Part shown: piece by piece, positions 8,915 through 18,390 of the stretch
How the letters are laid out: the number at the start of each line of letters is the position of its first letter
Position numbering within the stretch: the stretch's first letter is position 1
Assembly (NCBI GenBank): GCA_002497245.1
Contig: DANB01000011.1
Location: 60,612-124,611 of the forward strand
Reading direction: 5' to 3'
Length of the DNA stretch: 64,000 nucleotides
Source: Euryarchaeota archaeon UBA439
GTDB lineage: Archaea; Thermoplasmatota; Poseidoniia; Poseidoniales; Thalassarchaeaceae
The notes under the pieces: generated by a model
Seen by the model: only the letters and a program-made list of their open reading frames with translations
What the model was told of the DNA's origin: nothing
Database searches by the model: none
Program-made: the position numbers and the translations under genes

Positions 8915-10333
8915 ATGCATACACGAGACCAACTGTATATCGATGGGAAATGGGTTCTACCAATGGGAACTGGAAATATAGATGTAATTAACCCTGCAAC
9001 GGAAGAAATAATTGGAAAAATTCCAGTTGGTTCCGTAGAAGATATTGACAAAGCAGCTTCTGCTGCAAGAATTGCTTTTGAGTCTTGGTCAAAAAGTAGT
9101 ATAGAATCGAGGATAGATATTCTGAATGCCCTCTCAAATGCACTGAAGGAAAGAGGAGAAGAGATTGCTCAGACTATTACTGCTGAGGTAGGCACTCCTA
9201 TTGGTTATTCTAGAGTTGCAATGGTAGGTACACCAAGAGTTGTGTCTAGGAGTTATGCAAAAATTCTAGAAAATTTTGATTGGGAAGAAAAAGTAAGAAA
9301 CTCAATTATTTGTAAAGAACCGATTGGAGTTTGCGCATTTATTACACCTTGGAATTTTCCTCTACACCAGATAATTGGTAAAGTTGCTCCTGCAATTGCT
9401 GCTGGATGTACAATGATATTAAAACCATCAAAGGAAGCCCCATTAAGTGCATTTATTTTAGCAGATATTTTACATGAAATAGGATTACCTCCTGGAGTTT
9501 TTAATTTAGTTTCGGGACACGGGTCTGAAATTGGGAATTATATGTCGAGTCATCCGGAAGTAGATATGGTCTCATTCACCGGTTCAACAGGAGCTGGAGT
9601 TTCTGTAAGTGAAGCCGCAGCACCTACAGTCAAGAGAGTAACATTAGAGCTAGGCGGTAAAAGTGCGAATGTGGCCCTAGATGATGCAGACCCGATTTTA
9701 GTAGCAAAAAAAGCCATAGGGGCTTGCCATCAAAATAGCGGACAAACATGTTCAGCATTAACCAGACTTATTATCCCAGAGTCTATGAGTAATGAAGTTT
9801 ACAAAATTATAGCGGAAAAAAATAATTCTTACCATCCGGGTGATCCTTTAGAAGAAAATACAAGATGTGGGCCTATGGTAAGTTTAAGACAACAAAAAAG
9901 TGTTAGTAAATATATTGAATCTGGAATTAATGAAGGTGCTACTTTGATTTCTGGTGGTCTAGGAATGCCTGAAGGTATTTCCAAAGGATTTTATGTGAAG
10001 CCAACTATATTCGCAAATGTAACTACTGAAATGAAAATCTGGAAGGAGGAGATTTTTGGCCCTGTTTTGGTGATTACAACTTATAAAAATGAAAAAGAGG
10101 CTCTTATGTTAGCAAATGACTCAATATATGGTCTATCCGGAGGAGTCTGGTCTAAGGATGAAGAACGAGCGATAAGATTCGCTAAAAAAATGAGAACGGG
10201 TCAGGTGAGTGTAAATGGAGGGGCATTCAATGTTAGTGCACCTTTTGGCGGATACAAGCTTTCAGGTAATGGAAGAGAACTTGGCACGCATGGGCTTAAT
10301 GAGTTTCTAGAAATTAAATCAATTCAGCTTTAA
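8915..10333 (+). CDS. Aldehyde dehydrogenase
   Basis: PWNFP, FTGS, LELGGK, GQTC, EEIFGPV and PFGGYK motifs. Confidence 0.95.
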   Translation: MHTRDQLYIDGKWVLPMGTGNIDVINPATEEIIGKIPVGSVEDIDKAASAARIAFESWSKSSIESRIDILNALSNALKERGEEIAQTITAEVGTPIGYSRVAMVGTPRVVSRSYAKILENFDWEEKVRNSIICKEPIGVCAFITPWNFPLHQIIGKVAPAIAAGCTMILKPSKEAPLSAFILADILHEIGLPPGVFNLVSGHGSEIGNYMSSHPEVDMVSFTGSTGAGVSVSEAAAPTVKRVTLELGGKSANVALDDADPILVAKKAIGACHQNSGQTCSALTRLIIPESMSNEVYKIIAEKNNSYHPGDPLEENTRCGPMVSLRQQKSVSKYIESGINEGATLISGGLGMPEGISKGFYVKPTIFANVTTEMKIWKEEIFGPVLVITTYKNEKEALMLANDSIYGLSGGVWSKDEERAIRFAKKMRTGQVSVNGGAFNVSAPFGGYKLSGNGRELGTHGLNEFLEIKSIQL

Positions 10334-10347
10334 AAAATTGTTATTTA

Positions 10348-11184
10348 TTATTTACCGAGCCATTTAGGAGATTCACGATTTAGGAAAGCATTCACACCTA
10401 TTTCTTTGTCTTCAGTGTCAAATAAAGCCACAAATTCAGACCTCTCCATACGTACACCTTCACTAAAAGGTAGATCAAGAGACGCCCTTACTGCACGTTT
10501 TGCAACTTTTGTAGTATAGGGGGACTTTTTGGCAATATTTTCTGCCAATTTCATAGTAGTTTCTTTAAGATCTTCAGGAGTTGTTACTGAATTGATTAAA
10601 CCACAAGAAAGTGCTTTTTCAGAATCAATCATATCTCCTGTAAGGACCATTTCTAGTGCCTTCCCATATCCAATTAATCTACATAATCTCTGAGTGCCTC
10701 CACCACCTGGAATTAAACCTAGATTTATCTCAGGGGTCCCAAATTTCGACCTATTAGAGGCAATTCTGATATCGCAAGAAAGTGCTAATTCAGTACCTCC
10801 TCCCAAAGCAAATCCATCAATCATAGCTATGGTTGGTTTGGAAAGATTCCATACTTTTTCCCATGCATTATCTTCAAAGAAGGGTCTGACATCATCTGAA
10901 TTTTTACCAACAAATTCGGAAATATCTGCGCCTGCAGCGAAGGAATGTGGTTTCGGTTTCTTACCATCTAGAGGTGGATTTGGTGGAGCACCTGTGATAA
11001 TAATAACTCTAATTAAATCATTATATTCAGCCAAATCACAGGCTTCTTTCAATGCTTTATGAGAATCAGAATTTAACGAGTTTAATTTATCAGGTCGATT
11101 TAAGGTCCAAACAGATACAAGCCCTCCCTCTGGAAAAGTACCTTCAATCGGAATGTTTTCTATTAGCAGGGTATCATCATTCAT
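10348..11184 (-). CDS. Enoyl-CoA hydratase (PaaF/crotonase-like)
   Basis: LNRPDKLN, FAAGADI, GGGTE and PEINLGLIPGGGGTQRL motifs. Confidence 0.9.
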   Translation of the reverse strand: MNDDTLLIENIPIEGTFPEGGLVSVWTLNRPDKLNSLNSDSHKALKEACDLAEYNDLIRVIIITGAPPNPPLDGKKPKPHSFAAGADISEFVGKNSDDVRPFFEDNAWEKVWNLSKPTIAMIDGFALGGGTELALSCDIRIASNRSKFGTPEINLGLIPGGGGTQRLCRLIGYGKALEMVLTGDMIDSEKALSCGLINSVTTPEDLKETTMKLAENIAKKSPYTTKVAKRAVRASLDLPFSEGVRMERSEFVALFDTEDKEIGVNAFLNRESPKWLGK

Positions 11185-11231
11185 ACTTTACCGAAGAAGA
11201 ACGAATGTTTGAATATACGGTTAACCCAATT

Positions 11232-12239
11232 TCATTCTTTTTCTAACTCAGGAGGAGAAATAGGAGGGAAACCCGGAGGAGGAGGCATAGGAGGAAGCCC
11301 AGGAGGAGGAGGCATAGGAGGAAGTCCAGGTGGAGATGGAATTTCATTATTTATTAGTAAAGTATCTGACTCTATTTTCTCATCTGTTTGACTTCTACTC
11401 TCTACAACTAGAGGGATAGTTAATTTCAATATTCTTGTATTATCTATCCTTACATAAGATACACCAAGAGGCTTGGAATCATCATATTCTTCAGATTCTT
11501 CAAGTATTGTAAGTCCATGATTTGGATCATCCAATAAACTAGCAAGATCTTCACCATCTTCAACTTCAGTCCATAAACGAGCTTTTGCGGCTCTTCTTTC
11601 AGCTAAGGCCATTCTTCTCTTCCTCTCCAAACTCGAACGGATTTCTGCTTGTCTGGACCTTCGCTGATCAACAAAATCTTCTATTTCAGATTCCATCTCC
11701 GATTGAGCATCAGAAGTAATAACTAACTTTTTAGCAAGTTTAGTACCATCTGCAGCTTCTACATTGCCTAGAGGAAGAGGGGGCATGGGAGGTGGCACAT
11801 CTTCGGTATTCTCTACAATAAGAGATTCTGCGGATGGTACTGGCATAGGAGGTAATGGTGGCGGACTGAAATTTCTTTTTTTGCGACTACGCTCAAGTTT
11901 ATCTTCATTCTCTAAATTAACAACTTCTAATTCTTCTACAGTGTTGATTGGAATATTTGGAATTTCTGTCTTTTCAATTATAGGCTCATTATCAATGATT
12001 TTAGGAGGTGGAGAAACCAGTTTTTGATTACCAGTAAACATCAATATCGCCAATATAGACAATAGAACAACTCCTCCTGCTACAGAAGAAATTAAGTCCA
12101 GCCTTCCTTGAAAAATAAAAAACAAAATAAAACCGAAAAATAAAGAAAACCAACCAGTTATTCTAATTAAAGACGGCATAATATCATCTCTGCGAGTGGG
12201 GGCCCTATCTTCACTTTGACGGAGGTTTGAGCTCTTCAT
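11232..12239 (-). CDS. Proline-rich membrane-anchored hypothetical protein
   Basis: Two N-terminal TM helices, Pro-rich tracts, a charged coiled-coil segment and a C-terminal PPGLPPMPP repeat; start could be 12179. Confidence 0.7.
   Translation of the reverse strand: MKSSNLRQSEDRAPTRRDDIMPSLIRITGWFSLFFGFILFFIFQGRLDLISSVAGGVVLLSILAILMFTGNQKLVSPPPKIIDNEPIIEKTEIPNIPINTVEELEVVNLENEDKLERSRKKRNFSPPPLPPMPVPSAESLIVENTEDVPPPMPPLPLGNVEAADGTKLAKKLVITSDAQSEMESEIEDFVDQRRSRQAEIRSSLERKRRMALAERRAAKARLWTEVEDGEDLASLLDDPNHGLTILEESEEYDDSKPLGVSYVRIDNTRILKLTIPLVVESRSQTDEKIESDTLLINNEIPSPPGLPPMPPPPGLPPMPPPPGFPPISPPELEKE
11251..11334. repeat. Coding tandem repeat, about 3 copies of a 27-nt unit (PPGLPPMPP)
   Basis: ggaggaggaggcataggaggaagccca (11275-11301), ggaggaggaggcataggaggaagtcca (11302-11328) and a degenerate copy at 11251-11274. 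Confidence 0.85.
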
Positions 12240-12813
12240 AAAGAATCCTTAGAGACTTCCCTCTGTGTGATTTAGATGCTTTTTCATTTTCGGATATTTC
12301 ACCAAAAGTACGACCATCGCCGGATTCAGGGATAAATATTGGATCAAAACCAAAGCCGTTTGTACCTTTAATCTGAGTTGAAATACTACCAGAACAAACG
12401 CCTAATGCACGAAAATATTCTCCGTTTTTATATAAAATCGAGTAGGCACGGAATTCAGCATTACGATTAGACTTGTCAGCAAGAAGATTGATAATTCCCT
12501 CATTTCCGATAGTTTTTGAGATATAAGATGAATAAACTCCAGGGAAATCATTCAAAGATTCAATAAATAAGCCTGAGTCTTCAACTAACAAAGCATGATT
12601 TTCGAACTCAGTTTCGGAAATTAATTCTAAAGCTTGTTGAATTTTAAGTTCGGAAACATCAGATATCGAAGAAGATTGGGGTTCTATAAATTCTGGAGGC
12701 AGGCCATTTACAAGAAACTGTTCAACTTCATATCCTAAGTTAGATAGTATCGCATTTGCCTCAATGACTTTATTTCGATTACTAGTAAGAAAAAGTACCT
12801 TCATAAAAATCAC
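12211..12813 (-). CDS. rdgB: Non-canonical purine NTP pyrophosphatase (RdgB/HAM1)
   Basis: TSNRNK..E, EDSGL, FPGVYS, GFGFDPIF and SHR motifs. Confidence 0.92.
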   Translation of the reverse strand: MIFMKVLFLTSNRNKVIEANAILSNLGYEVEQFLVNGLPPEFIEPQSSSISDVSELKIQQALELISETEFENHALLVEDSGLFIESLNDFPGVYSSYISKTIGNEGIINLLADKSNRNAEFRAYSILYKNGEYFRALGVCSGSISTQIKGTNGFGFDPIFIPESGDGRTFGEISENEKASKSHRGKSLRILYEELKPPSK

Positions 12814-12819
12814 TAACTT

Positions 12820-13500
12820 CTAAGCATGATACCTTACTCTTCCTCTAATGGAGTTGAATCTTTCAATGACATCTGATCCTGAAGGAGTAAAATCATTAGA
12901 AGAATTAGAAAGATATCCCTCAATCATTGATTCAATTGCATTATTCTCTTCATAGTGACTTGCATTGAGGCATTCGTGTAAAACTTGTAAATCAAGTCCC
13001 AAATGTTCAATCTCAGGTGAAATCTTAGAAAGGCCAAAATCAATTATTGTTAAGTCTCCATCATCGCTAATAATCACATTATGTGTAGTTAAATCACCAT
13101 GGGATATCCCTAATTCATGTAATTGACGAATTAAACCGCCGAATTTTTTAATTTGTTTGTTATCGGATTTACCATTCAATAAAGATTCGTACAAAGTTAC
13201 GCCTTCTACTTCGGATAAAATAATCCAACCTTCATCTATATCAACATCAAATAAGGAAGGAGAAGATATCTCTGTAGAATGTAGTTTTGTTAATACTCTA
13301 ACTTCTACAGATAATCTTTGACGTGTTAATCTTCTATCTAAATCGGGATGACGATATGAACGAAGATTGCGTTTCTTTAAAATTGCCTTATCACCCATCC
13401 AATATCCCGAAAATACCGTGGCTTCAGCCCCCTGATGAATCATTTTGGAAGTTTTCCATAATGGCACAGACTCATCATCCATGTGTACCGGAGGTGACAT
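12820..13500 (-). CDS. bud32: KEOPS complex kinase Bud32
   Basis: QGAEA, YRHPDLD, HGDLTTHN, IDFGL and C-terminal RGRVRY; start moved to about 13500. Confidence 0.92.
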   Translation of the reverse strand: MSPPVHMDDESVPLWKTSKMIHQGAEATVFSGYWMGDKAILKKRNLRSYRHPDLDRRLTRQRLSVEVRVLTKLHSTEISSPSLFDVDIDEGWIILSEVEGVTLYESLLNGKSDNKQIKKFGGLIRQLHELGISHGDLTTHNVIISDDGDLTIIDFGLSKISPEIEHLGLDLQVLHECLNASHYEENNAIESMIEGYLSNSSNDFTPSGSDVIERFNSIRGRVRYHA

Positions 13501-13540
13501 ACCTTGAAAGAGGTTAAACCTGACCAATGAGTGAAACCAC

Positions 13541-14629
13541 ATGTCTATGGGCCTACCAAATATGCCTAGAAACCAAGAAAAGGTAATGCCTAGGCTATAT
13601 TCAGAAGAGAGAATTGAAGAAGAAGCAAAGAGGCTTTTAAATGCAATAAAACAACCAGAAAGGTGGACTCTAGAACACTGCAAATCAATAGCCGCATATA
13701 CTTTAGAAATTAATGAATTAAAAAAACAAAAAGATGTTTATCTAATCGCTCATTCTTATCAAACACCGGATATTATCTACGGAGTAGCAGATGAAGTTTC
13801 GGATAGTTATTCTCTCTCTAAATCTGCTAGAGATGCTAAACAGCAGATAATTCTTTTCTCTAGTGTGAGATTTATGGCAGAAACTGCAAAAATACTCAGT
13901 CCGGACAAATTAGTAATACACCCATCGCCTGAAGCTGGTTGCTCATTATCAGAAAGTATTACTGCAGAAGATGTCAAAAAATTGAGAAGAAAATATCCAG
14001 GAGTGCCAGTAGCTTGTTACATTAATACTACAGCGGAAGTTAAAGCCGAAGTGGACGTATGTGTAACCAGTAGCAACTATCTGAAAATATGTGAAAATCT
14101 GCCCGGAGATAAATTAATCTTTGTACCAGATAGATTTATGGGTGAGCACTTACAAAAATCACTAGCCGGAAAGAAAGAAGTTGTTATTTATGATGGAGAA
14201 TGTGAAGTTCATGCATTATTTACCGGAGAGAAAATCCTTTCTTGGAGAGAAAGAGCAGATAAGGCAGGAATTGATCTTCAAGTTCTAAGTCATCCTGAAT
14301 GTTCTGCTGACGTATTAGAAGAAAGTGATTTCATAGGCAGTAGTGAAGTCTTAATCAAAGAATCAATTAGATTAGGTAAGGAAGGAAAAAATAACATCAT
14401 GCTGATTACCGAATGTGGAACTGCGGACAGAGTATTGGCAGAAACCAATGATGAATTGAATATTATTGGAACATGTGTAATGTGTAAACATATGAAAACA
14501 ACACTTCTAGAAGACATACTCCAATCATTGAGAAGCCCCAGAGATGATCAAATAATTCAATTAGAAGAGGAAGTTATTGAAAGGGCGAAATTTTCTCTTG
14601 ATGAGATGTTCAGATATGCTGAAGCCTAG
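13541..14629 (+). CDS. nadA: Quinolinate synthase NadA
   Basis: AHSYQ, FMAETAKILSP, AGCSL, YINT, VTSSN, CEVH, HPEC and CKHMK motifs. Confidence 0.93.
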   Translation: MSMGLPNMPRNQEKVMPRLYSEERIEEEAKRLLNAIKQPERWTLEHCKSIAAYTLEINELKKQKDVYLIAHSYQTPDIIYGVADEVSDSYSLSKSARDAKQQIILFSSVRFMAETAKILSPDKLVIHPSPEAGCSLSESITAEDVKKLRRKYPGVPVACYINTTAEVKAEVDVCVTSSNYLKICENLPGDKLIFVPDRFMGEHLQKSLAGKKEVVIYDGECEVHALFTGEKILSWRERADKAGIDLQVLSHPECSADVLEESDFIGSSEVLIKESIRLGKEGKNNIMLITECGTADRVLAETNDELNIIGTCVMCKHMKTTLLEDILQSLRSPRDDQIIQLEEEVIERAKFSLDEMFRYAEA

Positions 14630-16719
14630 TTACTTACTCTTTTCTCAATAGCTGCTTGATGAGATAATAGCAGCAATAATGGAATCAACATCAATATTGC
14701 TGATTGTAATACAACAGAGGAATACTCTTCAAAGGTCTTTTCAAGAGAATATATCACTAGCTCTGAGTCTCCATTTTCATCAATCTCAATCCATGTTACA
14801 CCATTATCAAGTACATGAGGATTTTCTTGATCTAAATCATCAAGAGTAATCTGAATACGGCCATTATTGTCATCAATATGCCATAAGAATACTTCTCTGT
14901 TAAAATTTTCAGGGTCTAAATTTATAGGAGGGGAAGTAATTGGTCGCTGTAAAAATGCAATATAATTTCCTTCAATGCTGGGAGATTCTGATGGCCATAG
15001 AGGATTAGAAATCATTTCTTGATTTCCCGTTAAAGCATCTACTAAGATTAAACGATTGAGAGGACCTACATCAACTAAAACAACTATCAAACTTCCTTCC
15101 ATTTCAATATCAATAATTGTTGAGTTATTATAATCTACTGGAATCTCATATATTCTTTCAAGATATTCATCATTAAGCTCATTCGAGAAATTTTCAATTA
15201 AAATATTAATCTCAATCCCTGGATTAAATGGTGTTGTGACGTTAATAATTGGGCCATTAGTCGTATTATATGCGGAAGCAAATAATTGTCCTGAGCCTTC
15301 AATTGCAGTTAAACCTTGGATGTTATCGGAAGAAATTAATTCTTCGTCTAGAACATTTATTATTTCCATTGTATTATTCTTGACTATGACTAAACATGGT
15401 TGACCTTGATTGTTCTCAATAATAGAAACTCTATCTAATTCACCATTATTCGTGAGACTAAATATAGGCTCAAAAACTTCAATAGATGAATTGTTTAGTT
15501 GGAAAAAATCTAAGTTTGATCCATCAAAAAGTATGAGATTATTATTTGATAACTCAATTTGAGGAGGAGATGTCCAATTATTTCCTTCAATAATTGCCTC
15601 TTTCTCAGTACTTACATTCCATAACTTGATTGTTATTTCATCGTCAATATCCTCAACTCCGACTACCCATCCCTCTGAACCAGCGGCATTTGTTGGATTG
15701 ACGCCCTCAATCGGGAAATCTTGATGAGTTGCGTCCCACAATAACACTCCACCTGTTAAAAGTAATACTGCGGCAATAAATGCTTTTGTTTGACTGGAAC
15801 TAGGTTTTTGTATAGGTTGGAAGAATTTTTTAGTAATAATCCAGGACTCAGAGAACCATTTCTTGGGATTATCAATTGCTCGAGCTAATCTTCTTGAAAA
15901 CAATCTTTCATCAGCGAATTGCCAGATTGGAGTATGTGTCTTAGCCGTAATTTCAACAGCAAACATAGCAACAATAATTCCGCCAATAATGTCCGAAACC
16001 CAATGAATACCGAGATAGATTATTGTAAAAGCAGTTATTACAATAAAAAGTAGCAGTAACCTCCTATATCTTAACCATCGTTCATCGGAATCCCATCTTT
16101 CCATAGTTAACCAAATTGCAAAAGGAAGTCCAATATGTAAGCTAGGCATACCATTAGTGAAGGGGTCAATCTGTATGAACCAGTTATGAATCTCTGGAGT
16201 TAAATCATAAGCTATTGTTTCCATCTCAGGGATATAATTTCCTGTAACTCTGACATTAAAAAATAAATAGAATGGTATAGCTAAAATATAGACCCAAAAC
16301 ATTGACAGAGATACTCTATCTGCCATATATCTATCATCAAAAAATATTGGATATATGAAAGAAGAAAAAGTTACAGCCATAAATCCCATAACATAGAAAT
16401 GTGTTAAACTAAAAGACAATAAAGAATTATTCAATGAATCTTGTACCCACCAAACAATATCTCCTTCAATCGCATAAATATAGGGTGTCATATCCAATTG
16501 AGTATTAGCCATTAAAATTCTATCTAACTGATCTAGCAAATCTTTCCATAAATAAACAGAAAAAACTACTATCATGTGGGCCCAGTATCTTCTAAACATA
16601 TCAATGAAACCGGAAATTCGAATTTTAGCATAATCTGGCTTAAAAAATGGCATTAAAGAAAGACTAATTATGATAGCTCCAGTAATCCAAGTAAGATAAA
16701 TTCCACTCGCCACAGCCAT
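14626..16719 (-). CDS. Aur1/PAP2-family (inositolphosphotransferase-like) membrane protein fused to an extracellular beta-rich domain
   Basis: Multi-TM N-terminal half with NGMPSLH and YLGIHWVSDIIGG motifs; acidic beta-propeller-like C-terminal half; C-terminal TM. Confidence 0.75.
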   Translation of the reverse strand: MAVASGIYLTWITGAIIISLSLMPFFKPDYAKIRISGFIDMFRRYWAHMIVVFSVYLWKDLLDQLDRILMANTQLDMTPYIYAIEGDIVWWVQDSLNNSLLSFSLTHFYVMGFMAVTFSSFIYPIFFDDRYMADRVSLSMFWVYILAIPFYLFFNVRVTGNYIPEMETIAYDLTPEIHNWFIQIDPFTNGMPSLHIGLPFAIWLTMERWDSDERWLRYRRLLLLFIVITAFTIIYLGIHWVSDIIGGIIVAMFAVEITAKTHTPIWQFADERLFSRRLARAIDNPKKWFSESWIITKKFFQPIQKPSSSQTKAFIAAVLLLTGGVLLWDATHQDFPIEGVNPTNAAGSEGWVVGVEDIDDEITIKLWNVSTEKEAIIEGNNWTSPPQIELSNNNLILFDGSNLDFFQLNNSSIEVFEPIFSLTNNGELDRVSIIENNQGQPCLVIVKNNTMEIINVLDEELISSDNIQGLTAIEGSGQLFASAYNTTNGPIINVTTPFNPGIEINILIENFSNELNDEYLERIYEIPVDYNNSTIIDIEMEGSLIVVLVDVGPLNRLILVDALTGNQEMISNPLWPSESPSIEGNYIAFLQRPITSPPINLDPENFNREVFLWHIDDNNGRIQITLDDLDQENPHVLDNGVTWIEIDENGDSELVIYSLEKTFEEYSSVVLQSAILMLIPLLLLLSHQAAIEKRVSN

Positions 16720-16781
16720 ATTATCAATATGACTCGGAAAGACTACACGTCATGAAACTGACCCTTCTATGAAATAATCAT

Positions 16782-17795
16782 TTATGATATTCGAACTGTT
16801 GGACTGCTAGGAAGTTCTAATGATTCAACTACTTTTTCAACGATTTTATCAAAGGCCTCCGCGGTTGCTCCATCAGGCTCTGCTAATATTCGATGGACAC
16901 CGTCATCCCCTCCTCTAACAATTCCTGGATCAAAGGGGAGAGATCCCAAAAACGGCACTGAAAGGTTTTCTGCAGCATCTGAACCACCGCCACTTTTGAA
17001 AACATCCAATGTGATTGACCATTTACCCTCAGAATCGGAAACTGTCTCTATCATATTACCAGTTGGACCTTTCACTGAAACTTTGGTTTCAGGGTTGGTT
17101 ACTCCATCAATAGTATAACCACTCATGTTTTCTACCACTCCTATTATAGGAATCGAGATAGTTTTAGCAAAATTAATTGATTTTCTGCTATCTAGTAATG
17201 CTACTTCTTGAGGAGTAGTTACAATAACAACTCCATCAATTGTTGGTAGACTTTGAGAAACGGTAAGGGGCTCATCACTAGTTCCGGGAGGAAAATCAAT
17301 TATTAATGCATCAAGTTGACCCCATTCAACGTCTCCAATAAATTGATTTATTGCACCCAATTTTATTGGACCACGCCAAATTACAGGCTTATCAGGATCT
17401 TCAATTAAAAATGCCATGGAAATAACCTTAATTCCATGTGAACCTATAGCTGGATGGATTCTGCCATTTTCGACATGTAAATCTGAACCTTCCAAACCTA
17501 GCATTTTTGGAACATTTGGGCCAGTAATATCAATATCCATTATTCCGACTTTCTTACCCCTACGAGCTAAAGAAAGAGCCAAACCAGTAGCAACTGTAGA
17601 CTTACCAACTCCTCCTTTACCAGATAAAACCATTATCTTATGCTTAATATCTTGGTCTATTTTATTGATACGTAACTTCCTCTGCATTTGTTGATAAGCT
17701 TGTTCCATCTGAGCTTTTTGTTCAGTTGATGCCTCAGACTTCTCTTCTTTCTGTTCTGATTTGCCATGATGATGGCGAACCGGAGGTTCTGACAT
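16782..17795 (-). CDS. Mrp/Nbp35 P-loop ATPase (atypical, no CxxC)
   Basis: SGKGGVGKST, DIDITGP, WRGP, DFPPGTSD, TTPQ and ENMS motifs; start moved to MSEPP (17795). Confidence 0.9.
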   Translation of the reverse strand: MSEPPVRHHHGKSEQKEEKSEASTEQKAQMEQAYQQMQRKLRINKIDQDIKHKIMVLSGKGGVGKSTVATGLALSLARRGKKVGIMDIDITGPNVPKMLGLEGSDLHVENGRIHPAIGSHGIKVISMAFLIEDPDKPVIWRGPIKLGAINQFIGDVEWGQLDALIIDFPPGTSDEPLTVSQSLPTIDGVVIVTTPQEVALLDSRKSINFAKTISIPIIGVVENMSGYTIDGVTNPETKVSVKGPTGNMIETVSDSEGKWSITLDVFKSGGGSDAAENLSVPFLGSLPFDPGIVRGGDDGVHRILAEPDGATAEAFDKIVEKVVESLELPSSPTVRIS

Positions 17796-17906
17796 GATTA
17801 TTGCGTGTAGTAAACAATACTTCAACCCTAGTGATGATTAATTAAACATTAGAGTAAAATAATCTATATTAGTTTAGTTCATTAAACTTGACCTCTTCGG
17901 AATAAT

Positions 17907-18284
17907 GTGAAACTATTGTTTGTATGTGTAGGAAATACTTGCAGAAGCCAAATGGCTGAAGCGCTAGCTAAAGATATGGGATTCAAAGCACAATCCGCGG
18001 GAACACATCCAGGAGAACAGATTGCCGTAAATGCTGTTGCTGTGATAAAAGAATTAGGAATTGAAATGAATAATCAATTTCCTAAATCTATAGAGATGAT
18101 AGATACAAAAGGATACGACAAAATAATTAGTATGGGATGCGGAGTTGAATGCCCAAATCTTCCAATTTCATCGGATTGGGGATTAGATGATCCAGTAGGT
18201 CACGATATTAATTTTTACAGGAATACTAGAGATAAAATACAATCACTATTAGAAAAATTGTCTCAAACTCAGACCGACGCTTAG
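17907..18284 (+). CDS. Low-MW phosphatase / thioredoxin-type arsenate reductase ArsC family
   Basis: CVGNTCRSQMAE P-loop, SAGT and WGLDDP motifs. Confidence 0.88.
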   Translation: MKLLFVCVGNTCRSQMAEALAKDMGFKAQSAGTHPGEQIAVNAVAVIKELGIEMNNQFPKSIEMIDTKGYDKIISMGCGVECPNLPISSDWGLDDPVGHDINFYRNTRDKIQSLLEKLSQTQTDA

Positions 18285-18313
18285 AAAAGTGACTCAGGTT
18301 TCCCTCTGTTCAG

Positions 18314-18388
18314 ACGAGTGTAGTGTAGTGGTTATCACCGGGCGTTGCCAACGCCTGAACCCGGGTTCAAATCCCGGCACTCGTACCA
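18314..18388 (+). tRNA. tRNA-Gly (GCC) with encoded CCA
   Basis: Cloverleaf: acceptor ACGAGTG/CACTCGT, anticodon arm GGGCG-TTGCCAA-CGCCT, T arm CCGGG-TTCAAAT-CCCGG, discriminator A, then CCA. Confidence 0.95.
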
Positions 18389-18390
18389 AA

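Noticed and set aside
11251..11334. Repeat considered as a CRISPR array
   Set aside because: The units are contiguous without spacers, keep the reading frame, and no cas genes are present.
13501..13683. Long N-terminal extension of Bud32 overlapping nadA in the ORF track
   Set aside because: Homology starts near 13500 and the extension is antisense to nadA. Similar over-extended starts (moaE, agmatinase, MC1, PRC-barrel) were also trimmed.
17907..18284. Arsenic-resistance operon
   Set aside because: Only a lone ArsC/LMW-PTP gene is present, with no arsR, acr3 or arsB nearby.
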